This document shows, piece by piece, positions 1 to 8,907 of a DNA stretch of 64,000 nt. This stretch comes from an uncultured Eubacteriales bacterium. Lineage in GTDB: Bacteria > Bacillota > Clostridia > Christensenellales > CAG-138. The stretch spans positions 9,922-73,921 of the forward strand of contig UQYI01000006.1 of the NCBI GenBank assembly GCA_900545265.1, written 5' to 3'. Below the pieces are notes generated by a model. That model was not told where the DNA came from. It was given only the letters and a program-made list of their open reading frames with translations, and did no database searches. The position numbers and the translations under genes are program-made. Position 1 is the first letter of the stretch. Every line of letters begins with the position of its first letter.

Positions 1-645
1 CCCGTGCTCACCGGCGTTTACATGGAGATGGAGGGCCATTCCCTTTCCATGGTGGCCACGGATTCCTTCCAGTTTGCCAAAAACACCATGACCGTCAGCC
101 AGGATCTGCCCAAAAAGAGCATGATCGTCCCGGGCAAGACCATTCAGGAGATCGCACGTATGCTGGATGAATCCCAGGAAGAAACGGTGCTTACCTTCTC
201 CCGCACCCATATGCGGGTAAAGGCGGGGGGCGCCGCACTGGTGGGCCGCCTGCTGGACGGAGATTATATCGACTACCGCCGCCTGATCCCACGGGACTGC
301 AAGAGCCGGGTGCTGGTAGACCGGGAGGCTTTTTTGGAAAGCGTGGACCGGGCCGCTTTGGTAGCCCGTGAGGGGAACAACAGCGTGCGCCTTTCCCTCC
401 AGCCGGAAAAGCTGTTTATCCGGGCGGAAAGCGTTATCGGCAAGGTGGAGGAGGAGCTGCCCGTGCAGCTTATGGGCGATTCCATGGATATTGCCTTCAA
501 CCCCAAGTATCTGCTGAACGTATTCAAGACCATGGACGATGAAAAGGTCTATATGGAGATGAACACCCCCATCAATCCCTGCGCCGTGAAGCCCGTCACC
601 GGGGAAGCCTTTTTCTATCTGGTGGTGCCCATGCGCATATTCTGA
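1..645 (+). CDS. dnaN: DNA polymerase III beta sliding clamp, C-terminal part (5' end lies outside the window)
   Basis: The ORF is in frame from position 1. The clamp domain III sequence ends ...AFFYLVVPMRIF, a typical DnaN C-terminus. The stop TGA at 643-645 overlaps the next ATG (TGATG). Confidence 0.85.
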   Translation, partial: PVLTGVYMEMEGHSLSMVATDSFQFAKNTMTVSQDLPKKSMIVPGKTIQEIARMLDESQEETVLTFSRTHMRVKAGGAALVGRLLDGDYIDYRRLIPRDCKSRVLVDREAFLESVDRAALVAREGNNSVRLSLQPEKLFIRAESVIGKVEEELPVQLMGDSMDIAFNPKYLLNVFKTMDDEKVYMEMNTPINPCAVKPVTGEAFFYLVVPMRIF

Positions 646-1355
646 TGCCTATGGAGGAAAAACGACCCGGCAAGGCCCCTGCCTTTGTGCCCGAAAAGGG
701 GAAGGAGGAGCGCTTTGTCATAAAAAAGGCCGCCTTTGTTACCAGCGTGGGGGCAAGGGGGGACTATCCGGCGGAAAAGGGCTGCGAGATCGCACTGGTA
801 GGCCGCTCCAATGTGGGCAAAAGCACCCTGATCAACTGCCTGTGCCGCAGCGGCAAGCTGGCCAAAACCAGCGCTTCTCCGGGCAAGACCAGGCTGTGCA
901 ACTTCTTTTTGCTCAACGACAGCTTTTATCTGGTGGATCTGCCGGGATACGGTTTTGCCAAAGCCCCCAAAGAGGAACAGGTAAAGTGGGGAGAGATGAT
1001 GGACCGCTACCTTTCCTGCGGGCGGGTGGATCATCTGTTCATGCTGCTGGATATCCGCCACGAGCCTACGGAGGACGACCGGCGGATGCTTCAGTACCTG
1101 CTGTATTACAACATCCCCTATACCCTTATCGCCACCAAGGCAGATAAGATCGCCCGCAGCAAAAGAAAGCAGCAGGCCGTGCAGAACGCACGGCTGGTGG
1201 GGGCTTCCCCCTATGCCATCCCCTTTTCGGGAGAGACGGGGGAGGGCCGGGAAGAGGTGCTCTGGGCCATGGGACAGGTGGTGCGGGATGCATTTTTACG
1301 GAATACTGAAAAATCCGCCCAAAAAATAATCGATCAGCCCTTGACAGAAGCATAG
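645..1355 (+). CDS. engB: Ribosome-biogenesis GTPase EngB/YsxC
   Basis: P-loop GRSNVGKSTLIN, DLPGYG switch region and TKADK G4 motif. Length and layout fit the EngB family. Confidence 0.9.
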   Translation: MPMEEKRPGKAPAFVPEKGKEERFVIKKAAFVTSVGARGDYPAEKGCEIALVGRSNVGKSTLINCLCRSGKLAKTSASPGKTRLCNFFLLNDSFYLVDLPGYGFAKAPKEEQVKWGEMMDRYLSCGRVDHLFMLLDIRHEPTEDDRRMLQYLLYYNIPYTLIATKADKIARSKRKQQAVQNARLVGASPYAIPFSGETGEGREEVLWAMGQVVRDAFLRNTEKSAQKIIDQPLTEA

Positions 1356-1389
1356 CAAGTCTGCATACTATAGCTTACGGCCTGAGAAA

Positions 1390-1710
1390 ATGCCGAAAGT
1401 TAGGAAAATTGTGGAGAATGCTATGGCTTTGAGAAAATGCCCCAAGTGCGAGCTGAACTATTTAAGACCCAACGAGACCATCTGCCATGTATGCGCTGCG
1501 GCCATGAAGCATAAAAAGTTCGGAGAGGAAGAGGAAGTGGTCATGTGCTCCAACTGCGGGGAATACCCGGCGGTAAAGGGCTCCGATCTTTGCGAGGAGT
1601 GCCTGAAGGAGCAGAAGCGCCAGGCCAACCTGGAAAATCTGGCGGATAAGATCCGGGCCGATGAAGTGGATATCCCCCTGGAAGAGGAGATCTCCGAGGA
1701 GAACGAATAA
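1390..1710 (+). CDS. Small double zinc-ribbon protein with acidic tail (function unknown)
   Basis: Two CxxC...CxxC pairs (CPKC..CHVC and CSNC..CEEC) and a C-terminal DEVDIPLEEEISEENE tail. The alternative ATG at 1423 has a better RBS (GGAGAA). Confidence 0.55.
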   Translation: MPKVRKIVENAMALRKCPKCELNYLRPNETICHVCAAAMKHKKFGEEEEVVMCSNCGEYPAVKGSDLCEECLKEQKRQANLENLADKIRADEVDIPLEEEISEENE

Positions 1711-1718
1711 GAGAAACT

Positions 1719-1749
1719 GCGGGTATGATACAGGCATATCCGCTTTTTT
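1719..1749 (+). terminator. Rho-independent terminator after the zinc-ribbon gene
   Basis: GCGGGTATG / CATATCCGC stem (one G.T pair) followed by TTTTTT. Confidence 0.6.
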
Positions 1750-1770
1750 AAGGGAACGGCAGGAGCGGAT

Positions 1771-2463
1771 ATGCGGGTATTTGCAATTTCGGATGTGCAT
1801 TTGTCTCTGGGCGTGGAAAACAAGTCCATGGACGTATTCGGCACAGGCTGGGCCCGCCATATCCAGCGGCTGCAGGAAGGCTGGCGGGATACCGTAGCCC
1901 CCGGGGATCTGGTGCTGCTGGCGGGAGATATCAGCTGGGCCATGTACCGGCAGGATGCCCGGGAGGATCTTTTCTTTCTGCATACCCTGCCGGGGACGAA
2001 GGTGCTGCTCCGCGGGAACCACGATTTCTGGTGGAGCGGTTACAGCAAGGTGCTTTCCATGCTGCCCCCTTCTTTGAAGGCCGTGCAGAACAACGCTCTG
2101 CGGCTGGGAGATATATGCATCTGCGGCACCCGGGGCTGGACGGCCCCCGGTACGGCAGGCTTTTCGGAAGAAGAGGACAGGAAGCTCTTTGAACGGGAAA
2201 AAGTACGGCTGCGGCTTTCTCTGGAGCAGCTGCCCAAAGCCGGCACACTGAACCTGTGCATGCTCCATTACCCGCCTTTTACGGAAAAGGGAGAGCCTAC
2301 GGATATGGTGCACATTCTGGAGGAATACCCGGTGCAGCATGTGGTCTATGGTCACTTGCACGGCAAGTCCGGCCGGAGTGCCTTTCAGGGGCTGTATGGG
2401 GAGACGGAGTACCACTTTACTTCGGCGGATGCATTGCATTTCGTACCCAAGCGGATCCTGTAG
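1771..2463 (+). CDS. Calcineurin-like metallophosphoesterase
   Basis: Motifs SDVHLS, GDISW, GNHDFWW, HYPPF and GHLHG, in the canonical order for metallophosphoesterases. Confidence 0.85.
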   Translation: MRVFAISDVHLSLGVENKSMDVFGTGWARHIQRLQEGWRDTVAPGDLVLLAGDISWAMYRQDAREDLFFLHTLPGTKVLLRGNHDFWWSGYSKVLSMLPPSLKAVQNNALRLGDICICGTRGWTAPGTAGFSEEEDRKLFEREKVRLRLSLEQLPKAGTLNLCMLHYPPFTEKGEPTDMVHILEEYPVQHVVYGHLHGKSGRSAFQGLYGETEYHFTSADALHFVPKRIL

Positions 2464-2479
2464 CAATTGAAGCATACGA

Positions 2480-2502
2480 AGCTCCCGTTGGGGGCTTTTT
2501 TA
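2480..2502 (+). terminator. Rho-independent terminator
   Basis: AGCTCCC gtt GGGGGCT followed by a T-run, 17 nt after the stop codon. Confidence 0.6.
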
Positions 2503-2552
2503 TTTGCAGACGCAGCCCGCCGCTGCCGCAGCCAAGGCCGTATACGATGCAC

Positions 2553-2635
2553 GGGGGCGCACGTTCCGGCGGTTTTGCCGCCGGAACTCTGCGGGGGATC
2601 CCCGCAGGCATGCCTTGGGGCACGCAGTGCGCCCC
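2553..2635 (+). repeat. Family A cloverleaf repeat, copy A1
   Basis: GGGGGCGCAC | GTTCCGGCGG-ttttg-CCGCCGGAAC | CTGCGGGGG-atc-CCCCGCAG | GCATGCC-ttgg-GGCACGC | GTGCGCCCC. GTATAC lies 7 nt outside on both sides (2540-2545 and 2643-2648). Confidence 0.9.
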
Positions 2636-2764
2636 AACTCCCGTATACGCTTCTGCCCGGCTCTATGGCATGCCTCCGTTTCCGGCCTGGGCCGTGCTCT
2701 GACCGGCAGCGGAAAACCGTGGCCTGGGGCGCGGAGCACCGGGCAAAAGCCGTATACGATACCC

Positions 2765-2845
2765 GGGGCGCTGCTGCGGCGGCAGAGCCGCCGCGCCGCC
2801 CGCAGGGCGGGCTTTGGCGCCGCAGGCGCCAAAGGGCAGCGCCCC
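2765..2845 (-). repeat. Family B cloverleaf repeat, copy B1 (inverted relative to B2/B3)
   Basis: GGGGCGCTGC | CGGCGGC-aga-GCCGCCG | CCGCCC-gca-GGGCGG | CTTTGGCGCC-gca-GGCGCCAAAG | GCAGCGCCCC. GTATAC at 2752-2757. Confidence 0.85.
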
Positions 2846-2964
2846 CTCCCTCGAAGAGAACGCAGCCCCGCTCCCCCACATAAAAAGATCCCCCGCCGGG
2901 CGCTTTGCCTCGGGAAGGATCTTTTCTGTCTTTTACGTCTGTTCTTTTCTCCGCAATCCGCCGG

Positions 2965-3939
2965 TCAATTTTCTCCGCTGCCCTTGCGCCCGTGCTGATA
3001 CAGCTGCCGGTTGTCCAGGGCCCACAGCCGGTCAGAGAAGCCTCCCTTGCTCACGGTGGAAAGGGCGTCAAACATTTCAAACAGGCGGCTGTCCAGCAAG
3101 TCGCATTCCGAAAGCACCTCCGCTTCCGGGAACATGGGGAACTTGGGGCTGCCAAATTCCGGCTGACCATGGTGGGAAAGGAGCATATGCTCCAGCAGCA
3201 TGGCCGTTTCCTCCGGTATGTCCAGCCTGTCGGCGGCGTTGTGGATCAGGCTGATGCCAATGTTGATGTGCCCCAGCAGCTGCCCTTCGGGGGTATAGGC
3301 CGTGGCCAGCCCCAGCTTGCCCGTCTGCAATTCATACAGCTTGCCGATATCGTGAAGGGTGGCTCCTGCCGTTACCAGATCCCTGTCCAGCGCCGGATAC
3401 AGCTGGCAGATGGCCCGCCCCATGCGCACTACGGCGCAGGTATGCTGCAGCCAGCCTCCCCGGGTGGCATGATGGAGCTTTACGCCTGCCGGGAAACGCA
3501 ATATCTCCTGCCGGAAGGCATCCAGAAAATACTGCACCAGCTTTTTCAGATCCTTATCCGTAAATTCGTCGCTGAGGTTCCACAAATAATCAAAATATTT
3601 CTGAGGGTCTCCCGGGGCGCAGGGAACCAGACGGCTCATATCCACATTGTCCTCCGGGGTGGCCAGGCGGATGCGCTCCACCTTCAGCTGCTCCACGTCC
3701 TTCCAGATATTTATGGTAGCCCGGATCTTTACCACATCCTCCGGGTCAAAGGTACCATATGCGGCAATATTGTAATTCCACAGCTTGGCGGCGCATTCTC
3801 CTCCCGCATCCGCCACTGTCATATCCATATAGGAAGCGCCCTTGCTGTCCGTGCGCACGGCGCAGCTTTTGACCATGCAGAAACCCTCTACCTGGGTCCC
3901 GCGGCTCTCTTCCATCAAATTCATGCGGCTCATTTGCAT
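2965..3939 (-). CDS. yhaM: YhaM-like 3'-5' exoribonuclease (OB-fold plus HD domain)
   Basis: N-terminal OB-fold-like region followed by an HD domain (HATRGG...LHDIGK...SHHG). Start ATG at 3939 is preceded by GAAAGGAG. Confidence 0.75.
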   Translation of the reverse strand: MQMSRMNLMEESRGTQVEGFCMVKSCAVRTDSKGASYMDMTVADAGGECAAKLWNYNIAAYGTFDPEDVVKIRATINIWKDVEQLKVERIRLATPEDNVDMSRLVPCAPGDPQKYFDYLWNLSDEFTDKDLKKLVQYFLDAFRQEILRFPAGVKLHHATRGGWLQHTCAVVRMGRAICQLYPALDRDLVTAGATLHDIGKLYELQTGKLGLATAYTPEGQLLGHINIGISLIHNAADRLDIPEETAMLLEHMLLSHHGQPEFGSPKFPMFPEAEVLSECDLLDSRLFEMFDALSTVSKGGFSDRLWALDNRQLYQHGRKGSGEN

Positions 3940-4078
3940 GCTCCTTTCAGCGGTTGTTTTGCAGAATAAGTATATCAAAATTTTCACCGGATGAAAACAG
4001 GAACATTGTATAAAAAACGGGGCTGTGCTATACTTTTTAATGCGAATACAGGCGCTCGCTGCGCGCAGGAGAGGATAT

Positions 4079-6001
4079 ATGGCAAACGTTTATGCGGCGC
4101 CCCCCATGGAGGGCGGCGTCTTTTCGGCCATGGTGGTAGGGGCCGGCCACGGTGGCATAGAGGCGGCACTGGCTTTGGCCCGCATGGGGCTGGATACGGC
4201 CCTGCTCACCATGAATCTGGACAGCATCGGCATGATGCCCTGCAACCCGGCCATAGGCGGTACGGGAAAGGGGCACCTGGTTCGGGAGATTGACGCCATG
4301 GGCGGGGAAATGGGCCTTGCGGCAGACCAGACCCTGATCCAGATGCGCATGCTCAACACAGGCAAGGGACCTGCCGTCCATTCCTTGCGGGCTCAGATGG
4401 ACAAGCGCCGCTATCATGAGCGTATGAAGCAGGCTCTGGAGGCACAGGCACACCTGACGCTTATTCAGGGCGAGGCGGCGGATCTGGAGGTAAAAAACGG
4501 CTGCATAGAGGCTGTGGTCACCGCCGAGGGCTTCCGCTACCGGTGCCGGGCGGTGGTGCTCTGTACCGGCGTATACATGAAATCCCGCATCCTCATCGGA
4601 GATTTTTACCGGGAAAGCGGTCCAAACGGAATGCTCCGCAGCGAGACTCTTTCCGATGCCATGGGCCGTTTGGGTATTCCGCTGCAGCGGTTCAAAACCG
4701 GCACGCCTGCCCGGGTACACGGGGATTCCCTCCACTATGAGCGGATGGAGATCCAGCTGGGGGACGTGCCTACCCCTGCTTTCTCTTTTTTGAACGGAGA
4801 ACTCCACGTACAGCAGGAGCCCTGCTATCTGACCTATACCAATCCGGAGACCCACCGGATCATATTGGAGAATCTGTCCCGTTCTCCCATGTATTCCGGC
4901 AGGATCCATGCTACGGGCACCCGCTACTGCCCCTCCATAGAGGATAAGGTGGTGAAGTTTGCGGATAAGGACCGCCACCAGATCTTTATCGAGGCGGAGG
5001 GACGCAGCACCCGGGAGATGTATGTGCAGGGCATGTCCACCAGTCTCCCTGCGGATGTGCAGGAGCGTATGCTCCGTACCCTGCCCGGGTTGGAGGATGC
5101 AAAGATCCTCCGCTACGGCTATGCCATCGAATATGACTGTATCGACCCTCTGTGCCTGAACGGGGCTCTTATGGTCAAAAATATAGAGGGACTGTTCTGC
5201 GCCGGGCAGGTCAACGGCACCTCCGGCTATGAAGAAGCCGCCGCCCAGGGGCTGTATGCAGGGATCAATGCCGGGTTGTACCTTAAAGAGGAACCGCCCC
5301 TGCTGCTGGGCCGCAGCGACGCCTATATCGGCGTGCTGGCAGACGATCTGGTGACCAAGGGCACCAACGAGCCTTACCGGATGATGACCAGCCGCTGTGA
5401 ATACAGGCTGCTGCTCCGGCAGGATAATGCCGACGCCCGTCTGACGGAAAAGGTGCGCCGGACAGGGCTGATCAGTGAAAAGCGCTGGCGTGCTCTTATG
5501 GAAAAGCAGGAAAAGGTCAGCCGGGCCATGAGCCGGCTGAACGCGGTGGTCCCGCCGGAGGAAAAGCTTCAGGATTATCTTGCTTCCATTGGGGAAAGCC
5601 CCGTAAAGACCGGTGTAAAGCTTATGGAGCTGCTCAAGCGGCCAAAGGTCACCTATACGGAGCTGCTGCGTCTGTACGGTGGGGAAGAGGGTTTGGAGCC
5701 TGTGGACAGAGAGACGGAGGAACAGCTGGATGTGCTCACCCGCTATCAGGGCTATATAGAGAAGCAGGAGCAGCAGGTCAGGCGCATGGAGGCACTGGAA
5801 AATACGCCCTTACCGGATAATGCCGATTATGCCGCCGTAGAGGGCCTTCGGCTGGAGGCCCGGCAGAAGCTGGCTGCCCGCCGCCCCGGCACCATAGGGC
5901 AGGCCAGCCGTATCTCCGGAGTATCTCCGGCGGATGTAAGCGTGCTGCTGATATTGAGCAAGCGGGGCTTTCCGATAAAGAAAGAGGATCAAAATGGATA
6001 A
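4079..6001 (+). CDS. mnmG: tRNA uridine 5-carboxymethylaminomethyl modification enzyme MnmG (GidA)
   Basis: FAD-binding VVGAGHGGIEAALALARMG and full-length GidA-like sequence. ATG at 4079 follows AGGAGAGG. Confidence 0.95.
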   Translation: MANVYAAPPMEGGVFSAMVVGAGHGGIEAALALARMGLDTALLTMNLDSIGMMPCNPAIGGTGKGHLVREIDAMGGEMGLAADQTLIQMRMLNTGKGPAVHSLRAQMDKRRYHERMKQALEAQAHLTLIQGEAADLEVKNGCIEAVVTAEGFRYRCRAVVLCTGVYMKSRILIGDFYRESGPNGMLRSETLSDAMGRLGIPLQRFKTGTPARVHGDSLHYERMEIQLGDVPTPAFSFLNGELHVQQEPCYLTYTNPETHRIILENLSRSPMYSGRIHATGTRYCPSIEDKVVKFADKDRHQIFIEAEGRSTREMYVQGMSTSLPADVQERMLRTLPGLEDAKILRYGYAIEYDCIDPLCLNGALMVKNIEGLFCAGQVNGTSGYEEAAAQGLYAGINAGLYLKEEPPLLLGRSDAYIGVLADDLVTKGTNEPYRMMTSRCEYRLLLRQDNADARLTEKVRRTGLISEKRWRALMEKQEKVSRAMSRLNAVVPPEEKLQDYLASIGESPVKTGVKLMELLKRPKVTYTELLRLYGGEEGLEPVDRETEEQLDVLTRYQGYIEKQEQQVRRMEALENTPLPDNADYAAVEGLRLEARQKLAARRPGTIGQASRISGVSPADVSVLLILSKRGFPIKKEDQNG

Positions 6002-6674
6002 ACAGCTGCTGCAGACCTGTATGCCCGGGCTGGACGATACTGCTTATGAGCGCTTCTGTTTGTATTATGCCCGATTGACGGAAACCAACCGGGTCATGAA
6101 TCTGACGGCCATTACCGAAGAGCAGGAAGTAGCCTCCAAGCATTTTGCCGATTCTCTGGCCGCCTTGCCCTATCTGAATAGAAATGCCGCCGTTATAGAT
6201 GTGGGTACCGGGGCGGGGTTCCCGGGAGTGCCGCTGCTTATTGCCTGCCCCACGCTGCAGCTGACGCTGGCCGACAGCCTGCAGAAGCGTCTGACTTTTC
6301 TGGAAGGGCTGCTCAAGGAACTGGGGCTTTCCGCCGCCATTGTCCACGGCCGGGCGGAGGAATTGGGGCAGAACAGGCTCTATCGGGAAAAGTTTGATTT
6401 TGCCCTTTCCCGGGCGGTGGCCAATCTGCCGGTGCTGCTGGAGCTTACCACTCCCTTTATAAAGGTGGGAGGCACGGCCATCGCCTATAAGGGGCGGGCG
6501 GAGGAGGAACTGGCTCAAGCAAGATCCGCCGCTTTTCTGCTGCATGTAAAGCTGGAAAGTGTCCCGCTGGTATCCTCCATAGGGGAGCGTGCGCTGGTGC
6601 TGGCAAAAAAGACGGCTCCTACGCCCAAAATCTATCCGCGGCGCCCGGGTACTCCGGCTAAAAAGCCGCTGTAA
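5994..6674 (+). CDS. rsmG: 16S rRNA m7G527 methyltransferase RsmG (GidB)
   Basis: SAM motif IDVGTGAGFPGVPL. Overlaps the mnmG stop by 8 nt, as in the classical gidA-gidB pair. Confidence 0.9.
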   Translation: MDKQLLQTCMPGLDDTAYERFCLYYARLTETNRVMNLTAITEEQEVASKHFADSLAALPYLNRNAAVIDVGTGAGFPGVPLLIACPTLQLTLADSLQKRLTFLEGLLKELGLSAAIVHGRAEELGQNRLYREKFDFALSRAVANLPVLLELTTPFIKVGGTAIAYKGRAEEELAQARSAAFLLHVKLESVPLVSSIGERALVLAKKTAPTPKIYPRRPGTPAKKPL

Positions 6675-6708
6675 GGCGGGCTGCGTATCTGGTTTTAATT
6701 TTGTTTAC

Positions 6709-6736
6709 AGGCCGCTCTTACCGGGGCGGCTTTTTG
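6709..6736 (+). terminator. Probable rho-independent terminator after rsmG
   Basis: GCCGC...GCGGC stem followed by TTTTT. Confidence 0.45.
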
Positions 6737-6806
6737 TATATGGACAGCTTCGTGTATCGTTTATACGCTGCCCGCCGCTCCCCGTTTTTCCCGGTATACG
6801 GAAGGC

Positions 6807-6887
6807 GGGGCGCTGCCCTTTGGCGCCGTAGGCGCCAAAGCCCGCTCTGCGAGCGGTGCGGCGGCGAAGCCGCCGCAGCAGCGCCCC
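6807..6887 (+). repeat. Family B cloverleaf repeat, copy B2
   Basis: GGGGCGCTGC | CTTTGGCGCC-gta-GGCGCCAAAG | CCGCTC-tgc-GAGCGG | CGGCGGC-gaa-GCCGCCG | GCAGCGCCCC. GTATAC at 6794-6799. Confidence 0.9.
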
Positions 6888-7056
6888 ACGGCTCCATGAA
6901 ACCTTCGCATAGCAGCGGGCCCCGTATATGACACGGCTCCGGATCGCCGCGGCCCGGAAAACGGCTTTTCATGACTGATCCTGCTTTTATGAGGATATGC
7001 GTAGAGCAGACTGCTATCTGTCTCATCTCTTTTTCCGGTAAATGGGGCACTCTGTA

Positions 7057-7072
7057 TGTTTCACGTGAAACA
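7057..7072. promoter_or_regulatory. parS: parS centromere-like site 1
   Basis: TGTTTCACGTGAAACA is a perfect 16-bp palindrome matching the Firmicutes parS consensus TGTTNCACGTGAAACA. Confidence 0.9.
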
Positions 7073-7175
7073 TTTTTCTCCATGGGGCTGACTGGAAAAG
7101 CTGTCCCTGCCCAAACGGAAGCAGATGCGGGACGATACCCGCGGCAAGACGGAATATTGCACATGCACGAAGGCC

Positions 7176-7262
7176 GGGGGCGCACTGCGTGCCTTGCGGC
7201 ACGCCTGCGGGGCATTTGCCCCGCAGAGTTCCGGCGGCTTTGCTGCCGGAACGTGCGCCCCC
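7176..7262 (-). repeat. Family A cloverleaf repeat, copy A2 (inverted)
   Basis: Reverse complement of the A consensus. Hairpin 1 has one G.T pair (CTGCCGGAAC). GTATAC at 7270-7275, 7 nt outside. Confidence 0.9.
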
Positions 7263-7330
7263 GCGTATCGTATACGGTGCGACAAAAAAGCAGGCTCCCC
7301 TTTCAGAAAGCCCGCTTCCTCCATATTCGA

Positions 7331-8530
7331 TTATTTCAGCCGCTGCCCCAGATAAAACTCCAGCTGTGCCCGTATCTCCTCCAGCCCGGCAGGTTTTCTG
7401 GCACTGCCCTGGGCCATGTCTCCCCGGCCGCCGCCCTTGCCGCCCAGAGCAGCATTTACCGCCTGAATGACTTCGCCCATATCCAGGTTTATCCCTTTGC
7501 ACATGAGAATGTAGCTTACCTGCTCTCCGTTGGGGCACAGCAGCAGGGTCAGTGCCTTTGCTTCCAACGTGCTCTGGCACAGGGGCCGCAGCCGCTTTGG
7601 GTCCGTATCCTCTACAATCTCCACCAACAGCTTTTTCCCCTTTATATCCCGGGCCTTTTCCTTCAGCTCCCGGCTGTAATATCCCTCCAGCCGGGCGGAA
7701 AGGGATTTGTTCTGTCTTTTTGCGGCGTCCAGCTCTCCGTTCATTTTCTCCACGGCAGCAGATACCTTATCCACCCCTGTAGAAAAGCTCCGTGCCATGC
7801 CGTCCATAGCCTCCTGCAGCATGGCAGCGTAAGTATAAGCCCGGCCCCCGCACAAAAATGTCAGCCGCATACCGCCCTTATAGGCTGCTGCCTGGGTGAT
7901 CTTCAGCAGGCCGATCTCTCCGGTGTGCTTTACATGGGGGGCACAGCAGGTGCAGCTGTCCGCTCCCTCTATGGTCACCACCCGGATGGGAGCCGTTAAC
8001 CCCTCGGTATGCTTGCGCAGGGGCAGACCTTCCAACTCTTCCTCTGTTTCATAGATCACAGCGGTAACGGCCCGGTTTTCCCGGGCCACCCGGTTTGCCA
8101 GCTGCTCTATCTGTTTCAGCTGCTCCGCTGTCAGGGGGATATCCAGATCCAGGGTAGCATAGTCCAATGCACAGTGAAACCCAACGTTTACCGCCCCGTA
8201 CAGACTCCATGCACACCAGGAGAGCAGATGTTCCCCGGTGTGCTGCTCCATAATATCCTTTCTACGGGCCCAGTCTATAACGGCTTCCACCTCTGTTCCC
8301 GGTTCCAGCGGTTCGCTGCACAGATGTACCAGCCTGTCTCCTGCTTCGTTTACATCCAACACCTTTGCAGTGCCGATGGTGCCCAGGTCGCAGGGCTGAC
8401 CGCCCTTATTTGGGAAAAATACACTTCTGTCCAATTCTATTTCATAGCCTTTATCCGTTTTTACACAGGTTGTTACCCGGGCGGTGTTGCGGCACAGGTG
8501 GCTGTCCTGCAGATACAATCGTTCCGTCAT
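7331..8530 (-). CDS. alaX: AlaX-type alanyl-tRNA editing protein (tRNA_SAD plus DHHA1-like C-terminus)
   Basis: Zinc motifs HTGEHLL and CCAPHV, and C-terminal GGKGGGRGDMAQG. Start ATG at 8530 (residue 108 of the track ORF) follows TAAGGAG. The upstream part of the track ORF runs through a repeat. Confidence 0.8.
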   Translation of the reverse strand: MTERLYLQDSHLCRNTARVTTCVKTDKGYEIELDRSVFFPNKGGQPCDLGTIGTAKVLDVNEAGDRLVHLCSEPLEPGTEVEAVIDWARRKDIMEQHTGEHLLSWCAWSLYGAVNVGFHCALDYATLDLDIPLTAEQLKQIEQLANRVARENRAVTAVIYETEEELEGLPLRKHTEGLTAPIRVVTIEGADSCTCCAPHVKHTGEIGLLKITQAAAYKGGMRLTFLCGGRAYTYAAMLQEAMDGMARSFSTGVDKVSAAVEKMNGELDAAKRQNKSLSARLEGYYSRELKEKARDIKGKKLLVEIVEDTDPKRLRPLCQSTLEAKALTLLLCPNGEQVSYILMCKGINLDMGEVIQAVNAALGGKGGGRGDMAQGSARKPAGLEEIRAQLEFYLGQRLK

Positions 8531-8650
8531 GTCAATTCTCCTTAAAATGTTTGATCCGGCAGTGCCGTATTCTTTTTTATGCAGCTTTCCCGGTTCGGGC
8601 CGCTGCCCGCGTGTGCTCGGGGGCTGGTACCCGGGGGAGCGGGGCTTTCC

Positions 8651-8686
8651 GGGAAGCGGCGGCCGAGCCGCCGGAACGTGCGCCCC
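8651..8686 (-). repeat. Family A repeat, truncated copy A3 (hairpin 1 plus outer-stem arm only)
   Basis: GAAGCGGCGG-ccga-GCCGCCGGAAC GTGCGCCCC, with GTATAC at 8695-8700. The rest of the cloverleaf is missing or degenerate. Confidence 0.7.
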
Positions 8687-8828
8687 GTAGATTCGTATAC
8701 GAACCCGGCCTCGTGCTGCAGCGTCCCCTGCCTCTTTGCGGGGGAAACCCTTTCTTCCGGAGCCGGATGCGCTGTTTCCTGAGTATATGCCTACACTCAG
8801 TATACCACAGATGGCTCCTTCTGTCATT

Positions 8829-8844
8829 TGTTTCACGTGAAACA
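8829..8844. promoter_or_regulatory. parS: parS centromere-like site 2
   Basis: TGTTTCACGTGAAACA, identical to site 1. It ends 1 nt before the predicted -35 of the parA promoter. Confidence 0.9.
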
Positions 8845-8845
8845 A

Positions 8846-8874
8846 TTGCATTCCGGGGACAGATGCGCTATACT
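8846..8874 (+). promoter_or_regulatory. Predicted sigma-A promoter of parA-parB
   Basis: TTGCAT (8846-8851), 17 nt spacer, TATACT (8869-8874). It lies 34 nt upstream of the parA ATG. Confidence 0.55.
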
Positions 8875-8907
8875 GACTTTAACGCATACATTTCAGCGAG
8901 GTATACC

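Noticed and set aside
2884-2927. Possible terminator for yhaM.
   Set aside because: Only a 5-bp GATCC/GGATC closing stem with poorly paired interior. A- and T-runs flank it, but the structure is too weak to list as a feature.
2467-2998. Stack of overlapping 70-165 aa ORFs on both strands in the 2.47-3.0 kb spacer. Similar stacks occur at 6.7-7.3, 10.6-10.9, 15.1-15.5, 20.2-20.6, 26.2-26.6, 28.4-29.0 and 51.0-51.5 kb.
   Set aside because: They are translations of the GC-rich A and B repeats (recurring GARSGGFAAGTLRG / PQACLGARSAP strings). Copies occur in both orientations with non-triplet loop indels, so they are not coding.
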